From Chiloscyllium plagiosum (Eukaryota), in the NCBI RefSeq assembly GCF_004010195.1, contig NC_057755.1:7868676-7932675 (forward strand): DNA of 64,000 nucleotides, given 5' to 3'. The notes below the pieces were generated by a model. That model was not told where the DNA came from and did not search any database. It worked only from the letters and a program-made list of their open reading frames with translations. Shown here one piece after another: positions 50,859 through 63,739 of this stretch; positions within the stretch are counted from its first letter, which is position 1, and every line of letters starts with the position of its first letter. The position numbers were made by a program, and so were the translations under genes.

Positions 50859-52974
50859 AGTTGTGATTTTAACATTGATCAACCGGAAATCGAAAAGAGG
50901 AATTTGATCAGGATGAGAATATATACAGTTTTCATCCCAAGACAATATTTTCCCACAACCCATCCCTCCCTCCTTCTAATCCTTCTAATCCCAATAAAAA
51001 TGACTCTGGCTGTGATCCATCTCTGGGGAAGTCGACCCACAGGAGAGGGAGCAGGGAGCTGACTGGATGAGCTGGGACTTGGGTGGAATGGGCGTCTATG
51101 AGTGACAGACCTGGGGGTATTTCAAATAGGTTCTGGCAGCCACTGTCCCTTTCACCATGTGCACTGAGCAGGGAGTGAATATCTGTGTGTTTCTGTCTGT
51201 ATCTATGTGTGATGGTGTGGTGTGTGTTTGAATGTCAATCACAGTTTGATCCTTTAATACTCCCCATTCCCTCCCTGAACCATCTCCTCCGAAAGCAGGC
51301 CCCTGGAGCAGGGTCTGTCCGCAATGGGAAAGAGGGAGTGTGAGAGACCCTCGACTGAGCTGGGACCAACCTGAATGGAGAGTATAACCACTTTAATCGC
51401 ATCATGTCTTTCCTTAACTCTGAGTGTTCCTCTTTTCTGCCTATCTCTCATACATTCCACTTCTCTCTCAATCTTTTTCTTTCTCACACTATCTCTCTCT
51501 TTTTACTGATACCCTTTCTTTTTTGCCTTTTTCTCTCCTACTTCGTCTTTCAACTTGTGGATATTTTTCCCACTGTCTTCCTTTCTATCTTCTTGTTTCA
51601 CTTTCTCTCTATCTTTCTTTCCTTCCCTACTTTTGTCTTTCAATCCTGAAACTGCAGCCCTCCAACACCAATTTTGCACACCCCACTTTGGCAAATTTTG
51701 CAGTCCTACAAACTTCGCACCCCCCTTCCATTGTCCCTGTCTAATTGTCCTCCCCGTGTGTCTTTCTTTTCCCGTAAACTGACCATTCTGTACTTCCTCC
51801 ATTACATATCCACTGTATATCAGAAACCCTCTGTGTCTCCATCCATCCACAATACTCTCCATGCCATGTCTCTGCCCCTGTGGTGTATGACAAAAGGAGC
51901 ATGTGTAGAAACAAACCTATCTTTTGACTGCCTGCTGTAATGTTAGAGAGTTATACAGCACAGAAACAGACCCTCCAGGCCAATCTGTCCACACTAACTA
52001 TATTCCAAAAATAAGAAGTTCCACCTGCCTGTGCTTGGTCCGTATTCTTCCAAACCTTTCGTATTCATTAACTTATCCAAATGCACATCTTGAGAAGGCA
52101 AATCTTAATGGTGAGATCCTGGGAGTGTTGCTGATCAAATGCACCTTGGATTTCAGGTTCACAGTTCCTTGAAAATAGAGTCAAAGTTAGATAGGATCGT
52201 GAAGAATGCATTTGGTATGCTTTCCTTTGTTGGTCAGAGCATTGAGCATAAGAGTTGCAAGGTCATGTTGCAGCTGTACAGGACATTGGTTTGGCCAGTT
52301 TTGGAATACTGCATTCAGTTCTGGTCTCCTTCTTATCGGAAGGATACTATGAAAACTGAAAGGGTTCAAAAAAAGTCCGACAAGGATATTGCCAGTGTTG
52401 AAGACTTTGAGGCTGTATAGTCTGGGGCTGTTTTCCCTGGAACATTGGAGGCTGAGGAGAGACCGTTTAGAGATTTATAAAATCATGTGGCATGGATAGG
52501 TTCAAACAAGAGGTGATAAAGGAAAGATTTAAAAGGGACCAAACGGGCAACGTTTTCATGTAGAGAATGGTGTGAATATAGAATGAGCTGCCTGAGGAAG
52601 CGGTGGAGGCTGGTAAAATTACTGCTTTTAAAAGGCGAGGACAAACTGAGGACTGCAGATGATGGAGATCAGTGTCGAGAGTGTGGTTCTGGAAAAGTAC
52701 AGCAGATCATTCCTGATGAAGTCTTATGACCGAAACGTCGATTCTCCTGCTCCTCAGATGCTGCCTGACCTGCTGTGCTTTTCCAGCACCACAATCCTGA
52801 CTACATTTAAAAGGCATCTTTATTGGTATATGAACTGAAAGGGCTTAGAGGGATATGGGCCAAATGCTGGCAAATCGGACAAGATTTAGTTACGATATCT
52901 GGTTGGCTTGAACGAGTTGGACGGAAGGGGTTTTCTATTGCTGTTGATTTCTATGACAGTCTGCCTTTTAAACG

Positions 52975-55900
52975 TTAGAACTGTACCTGCATACATCACT
53001 TTCTCTGGCAGTTCATTCCAGCACGCAAACCACTATCTGTGTAAAAAAAAAGAGTTGCCCCTTATATCCTTCTTAAATCTTTCTCTTCTCATTTTAAAGT
53101 ATGCCCCCTACTCTTGGTAGGGAAAAGACCCTCATCGCTTATCTCTACACCTTACGATTGTATAAACCTCAGTGAGGTCATCCCTCCACCTCTCAACTGC
53201 TGTACTCAATGGTCTCAGCAATGAAGGCAAGAAATATAAATGCCTTCTTAACCACCATGTCTACCCTCTACCGCAAATTTCAAAGAATTATGTACCTGAA
53301 CCCCGAGGCCTCTCTGCTCTACAACAATGCCTTTAATTCCTGTCCTTGTGTGTTTTAATAAAATGCAATCCCTCACACGTTTCCAAATTAAACTCCATCT
53401 GATACTCCTCAGTCCATTGAACCAAATGATCAAGATCTCCTTGTAATTTTTACTAGCATTCTTCACTGACCACTTCACCACCAATTTTGTTGCCATCCAC
53501 AAACTAACTAATTATGCTTTCTATGTTGTCATCAAAATCATTTATATAAATGACAAACAAAAGTGGATCCTGAACCGATCCTGATGGAACACCGCTGGTC
53601 ACAGACCTCCTGTCCAAAAAAATACCTCTGCTATCAGTGACTGTCTGTAACCTGTCATGAAGCCAAATTTGTATCCAATTGGCAAGCTCATCCTGAATCC
53701 CATGTGATCGAATTTTACTAACTGCTCATCATACTGAGCCTTGTCAAAGGTTTTGCTGATGCCCAAGTAAACAATGTCTACCATGCTGTCCACATCAAAT
53801 ATTTTGGTCACTTCTTAAAAACTTAATCAAATTTGTGAGGCATGATTTTCCTCACACAAAACCATGCTGCCTATCCCTGTTCAATCCTTACCATTCAAAA
53901 TGCATATAAATCCCAACTTTCAGAATCACTACCAAAGTCAGACTCACAAGTCTATAATTTCCCGGCTTCTCCTTACATCCCTTCTTAAACAATGGCACAA
54001 CAGTAGCCATCCTCCAGTCCTCTGGTATTTCAAACGTGTATCTGGATGATGCAAATAATTTTGTTGCTCCACCCCCACAACTTCCTCCCCCGTGCCCCAC
54101 CATGTCATGGATACACTTGATTAGTCAACGAGATTGATCTATCTTTATGTGTTCTAAGGCCTCCAGCACTTTCTCTTCTGTCATGTTAAACCTGTTATCA
54201 AAACATCAATATTTATTTCCCTCGGTCCTCTATCAAAACTAATGCAAAATATTAATCTCCTGAGTTTCAACACAAAGATAACCTTGTTAATCTTTAAGAG
54301 GCCTTGCTCTCTGGAGATGCTGTCTGGCTCTTAATGTCGTTGTAGAATCTTTTTGGATTATCGTGAACATTATCTGCCAGGGCTATCTCACATCTCTCTT
54401 TCCCTTCCTAATTTATTTCCTCACAATGCTCCAATACTCTTTATAGCCTTCAAGAGATTCAGTTGATCCCAATTGTTTATATCCAACATATGATTATTTG
54501 TTATTCTTGACTAGAACTTCAATATCTTTATTCACCAATTGTATCATAATCTTACCAGCATTGACTTTCACTCTGACTGGAGCAACATGGTCCGAACACT
54601 CCTTACCACGCTTTTCAGGTTGGTGCCGTATTAGGAAAATTAAATTCACCTGCTATTACAACATTATTATTCTTACATACATTTGAGATCTCAACATGTT
54701 TTCTTCTCCATCTCCTTCTGACTACTGGGGGGCCTGTGGTCCAATCCCATCAAGGTGAACATCCCTTTCTTATTTCCCATTTCAAAACATAGATTTTTCA
54801 CTAAATGGCCCCTCAGTTATATCTGCATTAAGTACAGTCGTAATTGAGTATCTGTGATTCCATATCTAAATAACCTAAACTCGTCCGTTAGATTCCAATC
54901 TACAGTTCACTCCCTAGTGATGTTTAATCAGATGTGAACCATACCATACCCTTCGAATATACTCTAATCTAGAACTCACTCCGTGGTACCTGTTACTCTG
55001 TATATTGAATCTCCTCCTCCCTTCCTCAATCAAAAATGCTATCCCCCCTCCTGCCTTGCCTCTATTTCTATCCTTCCTATAACATCTGAAACCCAGAACA
55101 TTGAGCAGATTGCCTTGTCCTTGCCTCAGCCATGTTTCTGTAAACACTCAAACAGGCTAGTTCTATGTTGCCACACATACCCTGAGTTCATCAGCCTTAT
55201 CTAGATAGAAATAAATGCAGTTTAATTCTTCAGAAATACTTTGGGCTCTGAATTGCTGTTGTCTATCTTTTCTAATTATCTTGTTCTTTTCCGATTCAGA
55301 ACCATTCACATCTTTCTGTCTATTTTCAATGTTACATAGGAAAGACCCACCCTGCCCCTTCCCCAACACAAATGGTTCATAGCCTCTCGAAACAGGATAT
55401 TGGTCCCTTCCCTCTTCAGGTGAAACCCTCCCTTTGTGAACAGGCCATTTCTGTCCCAGAAGACATCCCAATGATCCTCGAAAATGAATCCCTGCACATT
55501 GCACCACCTCTTCAGCCATTGATTTGTCTGCCCTGTTCTTCCCTCATTTGATATTGGGACCGGAAATAAACCAGAGATTACAACTTGTGAAGTTCTGTTT
55601 ATTTCACCTCTTAACCAAGCTCTTCGACTCACTCCACAAAGCCCTAACCCTTGTTCTGATGATGTCATTCCCTCCCAACGTATACAACAACTTCCGGCTT
55701 CTCACTCTCCGCTTTGACAATCTGCTTCACATCTTTTGATATGTGTTTCACCCTGGCACCATCCTCGGTTCACACTTACTGCTGCTAAATCTCTTCTCGG
55801 TGCCCCTGACAGGACGGCCCCCTGTAACAATCATTCTTTACATCTTCACAAACCCATTTAACATAAGATTCATTCTTAGTGCCCAAGATCTGACTAGTAC

Positions 55901-56075
55901 TACTGTTTTCCTCTGAGGGACTTTCGCTTTCAACAGTACACAAAATTGAATATCTCTTTAAAAGAGGAATAGGAGACGTCTGGTCTACCCTCTTATCTTT
56001 CCTGACAGTCAATCATCTATCTTACTGACTCTGCTATGTAATCAGTTCTCTAAATATACTTGTCGTCACACTCAG
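52975..56075 (-). mobile_element. Long decayed CR1 LINE (ORF1 esterase, EN, RT, 3' end)
   Basis: 55306-55668(-) VVISGLFPVP...WLKRWCNVQGFIFEDHWD...GFHL; 54914-55147(-) TETWL...RKDRNRGKAGGGIAFLI; 53888-54103(-) PEDWRMATVVPLFKKG. Confidence 0.88.
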
Positions 56076-56095
56076 TGTCTCCTGTATGCGCTCAT

Positions 56096-56365
56096 GGTGG
56101 CGGCACGTTGGTTCAGTGGTTAGCACTGATGCCTCACAGCGCAAGATCCCAGTTTCGATTCCAGTCTCTGGCAACTGTTTGTGTGGAGTTTGCATATTCT
56201 CCCCGTGTCAACGTGTGTTTCGGCCAGGGGCTCCGATTTCCTCCCACACTCCAAAGATGTGCAGGTCAGGTGGATTGGCCATCGTGTTCGGTGCATTATT
56301 CAGAGGAAAATGGGCCTGGGCGGGTTACCCTTCAAAGGGTCGGTGTGGACTTGTTGGGCAAAATG
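56096..56365 (+). mobile_element. HE1/V-SINE-type SINE
   Basis: ggtggcggcacgttggttcagtggttagcactgatgcctcacagcg...cagtttcgattcca...ccaaagatgtgcaggtcagg...gggtcggtgtggacttgttgggc. Confidence 0.85.
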
Positions 56366-57224
56366 TAACCTAATCAGTAAAATTAATACTAATAAAGCAG
56401 CTCTCAACAGTACCTTATATATAAAACTAAATGTAATCACAAATTAATATGAACCATGTAGAGAAAATATTAAACTTAAAACATTAAAACATTTAAACGA
56501 AATCAAACACTGAACTGAACAAATAAAAAAAAAATAATCCAACAATCGGCTTTTAGTCTCTGGATTAAAACAACCTTTCCAAGCAATCCATGTGCAGGCC
56601 TCTCTGGAAGCTCTGTGTGTAAACCGTCTCTCCCCTTTCTTTGTTTTTTTATGCATCATTTTCATTTTGTCAAATTCTACCCACCACTGATGATATGCTC
56701 ACGGATCTGCAGATCCCTGGCTTTTCCTTACTACCTTTATTCAATAATGCCACCACCAGGCACCATCCAGTATTTCAGCACCTCACCCGTGGCTTTCAAT
56801 TATACAATTATATCAGCAATAGGGCCAGCAAACTTTTCCCACAGACTGACATTATTAAAGATCTGAGATTTGTTTAATGCAGGACAGTGTGAGGTGAAGT
56901 GACCAAACAGCACAGCTTCCCATCCGTTCCCAAACGACATCACGGACAGCACAGACAGTAACATATTGGAGGATCAGGACAAATCACTAACGCTGGAGAA
57001 TTCTTTCAGAAGAACACAACTCCCAGAATCAGTGAACCAGTATGTTGCATTTGTCTCGATGGGACTTGACCAGCCATGACTCGCTTGTGGTTTGTCAGAC
57101 CAGAACTCTGCTTGGCAGCATGTCTGAATCCATGAGGAAACGCATTGTCATCCCTGTCTACACGTGGAAGGGGTTAAGGCAGCAGGCCGACGCCACTGTG
57201 CCTCTGTCATTGACCAAGGTGAAA

Positions 57225-57735
57225 CCACACTGAGCCCACTGTGTCTCTATCACTGTTCCGTACAAGAGCCCACTGATCCCACTGCGTCTCTGCCTCTGAC
57301 CAAGGGGTGACCCCACTGTGTCTCTGTCACTGACTCAGGTGAGACCACACTGACCCCACTGTTTCTCTGTCACTGTCCAAGGGGAGACCATACTGACCCC
57401 ACTGTTTCTCTGTCACTGACCCAGGGGTGACCACACTGTGTCTCTGTCACTGACCCAGGGGAGTCCACACTGATCCAACTTGTCTCAGTCACGGACCCAG
57501 CGTAGGTGACACTGACCCCACTGTGGCTCTTTCCTGAATCTGGGAGACTACACTGACTGCACTGTGTCTCTGTCATTGACCCAGGGTAGTGCACACTGAC
57601 CACATGGTGTCTCTGTCATTGAACCGGGGAGACCACAAGGACCCCATTGTGTTTTTGTCACTGACCCAGGGGAGATTACATTGACCCCGCTGTGACTTTG
57701 TCACTGACCCAGGAGAGACTGCACTGACCTCTGCT
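57225..57735. repeat. Minisatellite, ~43-bp unit, ~12 copies
   Basis: Consensus ccacactgaccccactgtgtctctgtcactgacccaggggaga, with some shorter units. Confidence 0.9.
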
Positions 57736-58249
57736 GTGAGCATCACTCTATATCACAAAGCAGCCATCCAGCTAACTAAGAATCATACAACGGGGACAGC
57801 GGATTAATTCCTGATGAAGGACTTATGCTTGAAATGTCAACCGTCCTGCTTCTCGGATGCTGGCTGACTGGCTGTGCTTTTCTAGCACCGCATGTTTCGT
57901 TTGCGAATTATGCAAGCCGGTCACAACACAAAGGTGCCAGTTGGCATTTCAAATCCGTACCAGCCCATCGAATAGCATTCCACCAGACCCATCCCCTCCC
58001 CACACTATCCCTATAACCCTGCATTTACCATGTCTAACCCAGCGAGCCTGCACAAGTCTGAACAATATGGACAGCAATGTTGAAATTTTTCATACTTCTG
58101 AGGCTCCTAACAGTGACACATGTTCTGTGTTATAGCATTGAAATAATTCATGTTGGTATTTCAGGGGGTAGGTGCTGCCTTCTCAAAGGATGGTGAAAGG
58201 AAGATAGAGGACGCAGTATACATATCTATGAAATAAAAGTTTTCTTCCT

Positions 58250-58445
58250 TGAGAAAATGGCGGCTGATTCCTCCTCCTTACCCCCAACGGGAGCGGATTT
58301 GCCTTGCTTCATAGCCCTGTCTTGGTCTCCTCTTGCCTCCTCCACCGCCTCCTCCCCGCATCCTTGTCAGTACTTCTCCATGGGGGCGGCCATCTTGGGG
58401 TGACATCACTGCGCAGCCTCTTGTGATTTTGCGTCACTCAGGTCA
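58250..58445 (-). promoter_or_regulatory. GC-rich promoter/first-exon-like island
   Basis: YY1 motifs aaaatggcgg (58254) and gcggccatctt (58386), GC box ggggcgg, CRE-like tgacatca and tgcgtca, and a minus-strand donor GG|gtaagg at 58281. Confidence 0.5.
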
Positions 58446-60113
58446 TTGTGAGACTGTCAGAAATAACAGAATGAATTGTCCCAGAAACAAAAATCTTCAG
58501 CTTGTGTAGTGGGTGGCGAGGCCAGTAAATGGTGGCATTGTATCACTTTAAACACAAGAGGGACAACCAGACAGGGAGAGTCAGAGACATCAATTAAAAA
58601 GCAATTAATCAAATAGTTAATTCAAACTTCACTCCAGGACAAACTGTGTACCATTCTAGGCAGAGGTGGGCACACATACAACTCACGCAGATGCACGTCA
58701 ACATGACCAACAACATCGTATCACTTTAAACACAAGAAACATGGATAGAGAGACATTTCAAATGATGCAAATCCCAAAGCAACAGAGAGCCCATTCTAGA
58801 GAGATACAGACAAGGAGTGACTCACAAACAGAGACAAATATTAGTAAAACTGTGAGACATATTAACACACAAACACGTACTCACACAAGCACAGATAGTC
58901 AGATCGTTAGACAGATTCACAGAGATACAGAGATTCATAAAACACATGAATATACATACATTCATGGAGAAACACACACACACACACACATAGGGTCTGT
59001 ATGCAATAACTGACACTTCCCTGAGTTCCCTGCAACACAAACTGTGTCAATCAGCTCATCAATAGCTTTTACAAATGAGAAAGTGGAACAGTTGTGTGAT
59101 GTCCCTCAGACCATTGTTAGGGGATGAGATGAATCTGTGTAACATTTCATGATCATTTGTAATATTAGCAAGCTTGTACAACAGATTCGTGTAACCATTA
59201 CATGTCCATCTGTGAAATGGATTGATGATAATGGAGAGTAGTTGTGCTCTTTATATTTAGGTAGAATACACTTGCAGTGCAGCTTGCTCAGCACCACAGC
59301 CACAAACTTCTCCTGTCTCCATCACCGACACTCAGTAGCAGCAGTGTATACCATAGATAAAAAGCACTGCAGAAATTCACCAAGGTTCCTTACAGGGCAG
59401 CTTCTCGACTCACGACACTATAGTCTAGAATGCCAGGCACATCAGATACATAGGAACACCATCAGTTGACAATTCCACATCAAGCCACTCTCCCCCGGCT
59501 TAGAAAAAGTCTTGAGTCTGCAAGTGCCATTGGTTGAAAATCCTGGAACTCCCTCCTTTGGTGCGTTAACCTGCACCAAATGATTGCAGCAATTCAAAAC
59601 AATAACCCATCGTCATCTTTCCCACAGCAATTATGTTTGAGCAATAAATGGTGTCCCAGCCAGCGGTTACCCAAATACATTAATGAATCTTAAAAAATAA
59701 TCTTCTTTATTGAGTACTCGATGTGTTCCTACGCTGAGTACCAGAATAAATTGATTCTATATTATAGAAAATAGGAAGGCAATTTCATTAGAATGTATCA
59801 GATTCTGAAGGACAGAGGTTTGATAGAGTAGATGCAGAGAAATTATTCCCAGGGGTCCAGGAATCTTAAACACAATGACACAATCTCAGGAGTTGTTGGA
59901 AAAACTCAGCAGCACTGGCAGCTTCTGAGAAATGAAATCAGAGTTAACGTTTCTGGTTCGGTGACTGAACGGTTTCACTCTGATTTCACTTCAAAGATGC
60001 TGCCGGTAAAGCTGAGCTTTACCAGTCAATTCTGTTTTTATTTCAGCCCCATTCACTTGATGATGATCACGGTTTAGTTAATGTGTTTGGGAATACTGAC
60101 AAGCTCGCTGTCG

Positions 60114-60185
60114 GTGATAGTGTTATAGTGGTGCGCATAGCTGCCTTCCAAGCAGTTGACCCGAATTTGATTTCCGGCCATTGCA
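60114..60185 (+). tRNA. tRNA-Gly(TCC)-like gene, probably a pseudogene
   Basis: gtgatagtgttatagtggtgcgcatagctgccttccaagcagttgacccgaatttgatttccggccattgca is close to canonical Gly-TCC. The B box is mutated (gaatttga for ggttcga) and the acceptor stem is weak. Confidence 0.7.
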
Positions 60186-60364
60186 ATGTTGCAACTTTAA
60201 AGCAATTTCAAAGGAAAAATCTCAAGATAAGATTTATTGGAAATGCATAAATGTATCTAATAGATCCATCAGATTGTTGCTCGATCTTTCTGATGATGAT
60301 TTCTGTGAAATTACAATGTGGAACCAGGCAACGCTGTTCGGTATCTCGGAAGCTTCAGAGTCAA

Positions 60365-61290
60365 GAATATGGTGCTGGAGAATCACAGGTCAGGCAGTAT
60401 CCGAGGAGCAGGAAAATCGACATTTCGGACAAAAGCCCTTCATCAGGAATGAGGCTGGGAGCCTCCAGTGTACAGAGATAAATGGGAGGTGGGATGGGGC
60501 TGGGTGGGAAGTTAGCTGAGAAAGTGAAAGGTGGAGGGAGGTGGGAGTAATGGTGATACTACGGAGGGCATGGTTAAGTGGATCAGTGGGAAGGAAGATA
60601 GATCGGTCATGATGCAGTGCTGAGCTAGAAGTTTGGAACGGGGGGAAGTTGGGAGGAGGGGAAATGTGGAAAATGGTGAAGTCCAACTTGATGCGATTGG
60701 GTTGGTGGGTCCCAAGTTGGAAGATGATGGAGGAGGCCCAGGGCCTGCATGTCCTCGGCAGAGTGGGAGGGGGAGTTGAAGTATTCAGCCACAGAGTGGT
60801 GGGATTGGTTGGTGCAGGTGTCCTGGATATGCTCTCTGAAGCACTCTGCAAGTAGGCGTCTTGTCTCCCCATTGTAGAGGAGACCACATCGGGAGCAACG
60901 GATGCAGTAAATGATGTGTGGAACTGCAGGTGAAATTTTGATCGATGTGGAAGGCTCCTTTGGGGCCTTGGAGAGAGGCGAGGGGAGAGGTAAGGGAGGA
61001 ATTATGGGCGCAGGTTTTGCAACTTCTGCCTCGGCAGAGGAAGGTGCCAGGAGGAGAGGGTGGGTTGTTTGTAGGCATGGACCTGATTGATAGGTTTGGA
61101 AAAAGTGAGGAATGCAGGTGTTGGGGTTCAGAATCGAGAGAGTATGGTGCTGGAAAAGCACAGTAGATCGAGAAGCAGGAGAAACAACATTTCAAGCATA
61201 ATTCCTAAAGAAAGGCTTAAGCTTGAAACTTTGACTCTCATGCTCCTCGGATGCTGCCTGACCTGCTGTGCTTTCCCAGTGCCACGTTCT
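60365..61290 (-). mobile_element. Penelope-like element (GIY-YIG) with terminal repeats
   Basis: CRGRSCKTCAH; IIYCIRCSRCGLLYNGETRRLLAECFREH. Hammerhead core on minus at 60416-60450; related repeat in both orientations at 61140-61285. Confidence 0.85.
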
Positions 61291-61861
61291 CCATCTTCAA
61301 AGATTTCCTCTCCGCTGTTTCCCATTCCTTATCTACATGTTGATGGCAGCACAGGGATTTCTGGAGCACGACAAATGAGATACTGCTCCATTTGGGACCT
61401 GAATTAATGACCGAAGCTACTGGAAACACTGAAGACTTCCAACAGTGACTGCACAGATGGGGAAAGAGAATTAATGTGTCAGATCCAGCCTCAAAATAAT
61501 CAGTGGTGCTGAGTTTTACATGTTATTATGAAATTAACATTTTCTCTATTTCAACTCTTTCAGACTAATGCTTAATTATTTTGCCAAATTGTGCTCAATT
61601 TTGAATAAAATTGAACTGGACAAGTTCACAAATATCCAAACAATATTCTTTATAATGTACAGCCTGTTTTATTTCTCAATCTGAACATATTACAAACTGA
61701 GTTGTCAGTGTACAGACGGAATCTGTTTGCTCACATGAGCTGGTTTATTGACCCTGACAGACTCTGAGCATTTCTGCAAGGTGGCTGCAGTTACCATTCC
61801 TGGACAGGAGAGATTTCTAGCCTGCGGAACAGTGAAGTTCCCGAATCAAAGAGATCGCGAC

Positions 61862-63050
61862 AACAGACAATAATTATTACCCGCGTGTTGGACAGTATGA
61901 GGGCAGGAGAAGCAATAATTGTCGCCCTCGTGTTGGACAGTGTGAGGGAGCGAGAGACAACAATTATCGTTCTCGTGCTTTACAATGTGATGGAGGGAGA
62001 AAGAATAATTATTGCCCTCGTGTTGCAAATGTGCGGGAGGGAGAAGCAATAATTATCGCCCTCGTGTTGGACAGTGTGAGGGAGCGAGAGACAATAATTA
62101 TCGCCCTCCTGTTGGGCAGTGTGACTGAGCGAGAGATAATAATTATCGCCCTCGTGATGGACAGAGTAAGGGAGGGAGAGACAATGATTATCGCCCTCGT
62201 GTTGGACGGAGTGAGGGAGGGAGGGAAAGGCGATAATAGTCGCCCTCATGTTGGACAGTGTGAGGGAGGGAGAGACAATAATTAAAACCCTCGTGTTGGA
62301 CAGTGTGAGGGAGGGAGAAACAATAATTATTGCCCTCATGTTGGACGGTGTGAGAGAGGGAGAAACAATAATTATCGCACTCATGTTTTACAATGTGAGG
62401 GCGGGAGAGATAATAATTATCGCCGTGGTGTTGGACAGTGTGAAGGACGGAGAGGCAATAATTACAGCCCTCGTGTTGGACAGTGCAAGGGAGGGAGACA
62501 ATAATTATAGCCCTCGTGCTGGACCGTGTGAGGGAGCGAGAGACAATAATTATCGTTTCCTTGTTTGACAGTGTGAGGGAGGGAGAGACAATAATTATCG
62601 TCCTCGTGTTGGACAGTGTGAGGGAGGGAGAGACAATAATTATTGCCCTCGTGTTGGACAGTGTGGGGGGTGAGAGCCAATAATTATCGCCATCGTGTTG
62701 GACAGTGTGAAGGAGTGCGAAGCAATAAGTATTGCCCTCGTGTTGGACAGTGTGAGGGAGTGAGAGGTAAGAATTATCACCATTGTGTAGGACAGTGTGA
62801 GGGAACTAGAAACAATAATTATTGCCCTCGTGTTGGACAGTGTGAGGGAAGGAGGGAGAGACAATAATTATCGCCCTCGTGTTGGACAGTGTGAACGAAG
62901 CAAGGAAGGACAATAATTATCGCCCTCTTATTGGACAGTGTGAGGGAAGGAGGGAGAGACAATAATTATCGCCCTCGTGTTGGGCAGCGTGAGGGAAGGA
63001 GAGAGAGACAATAATTATTGCCCTCGTGCTGGACAGTGTGAGGGAGCGAT
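61862..63050. repeat. Minisatellite, 45-bp unit, ~26 copies
   Basis: Consensus ataattatcgccctcgtgttggacagtgtgagggagggagagaca. Confidence 0.95.
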
Positions 63051-63159
63051 AAACAAATTTAAGAATCTCTCCGCTCTCCCCCCCAATAACCACCATCATT
63101 AACTTCAGGAACGGCACTTTACGGACACAGTCCTCTCTCCCTTCGACTCTGCTCCTTTC

Positions 63160-63260
63160 TGGCTGGGACCAGCCGTCGCAGCCATTTTAGCTCCAGGCCC
63201 CGCCCCCTCGGGCCCCGCTAGATGGCGGTTCACGGCCGCTCTCGTGCCCCGAGTGACCGT
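63160..63260. promoter_or_regulatory. CpG-rich promoter-like island with YY1, GC-box and CTCF-like motifs
   Basis: gccatttt (63181), ggccccgccccc (63196), ccgctagatggcgg (63215); locally high CpG in a CpG-depleted window. Confidence 0.5.
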
Positions 63261-63739
63261 TAGCAGATGCTTCAAGGGAAACTCTTTATAGAGAAACAAA
63301 CCTTTCAGGGGAGAAAACACAAAAGCGGCCGACTCCAGGTGCGGCCAAACACAATAATATGGATCAGAATGAAATCTTCTCACAGACAGAGAGGTGAAAG
63401 TGATGGAGGAATTGTGTGTCCCCGCATCAAGTCTCAAAACACACTGCCGCGAAGGACAGCCGCCCCCGTGACTCGAAACGTAATCTCTGCTTTATCTCTC
63501 TCTGAGCAGATGCTGCCAGACCTGAAACATAGTAACAGATACTCAGTGGGGTGAGTCCTCGTTCAGGATTCACTGAAGGTTCAGTTGGCAGCTGGAATGC
63601 AATGGGGAACGTATGTGTGAGGTTATGCACTGGATTAAAAGGAGAGATGGTCCTGGGGGCGGTGGTACTGAGTCTTCCTTCACACATCTCTTTCTGGAAT
63701 GTGCTTTTGCAAAGTAAGTCAGAAAAAGATGCAGTGCTT

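Larger units (their letters stand above)
43321..54490 (+). repeat. Tandem segmental duplication, copy B (visible part)
   Basis: Colinear with 31427-42820, including the same SINEs, GPCR exon 2, tRNA remnant and CR1. Confidence 0.95.

Noticed and set aside
57225..57735. CRISPR-like array
   Set aside because: No spacers; ordinary degenerate minisatellite.
61862..63050. CRISPR array or repeat protein (IIIALVLDSVREGET)n
   Set aside because: Contiguous tandem units with no unique spacers, in a eukaryotic context. The open frames follow from the 45-bp unit and are broken by indels.
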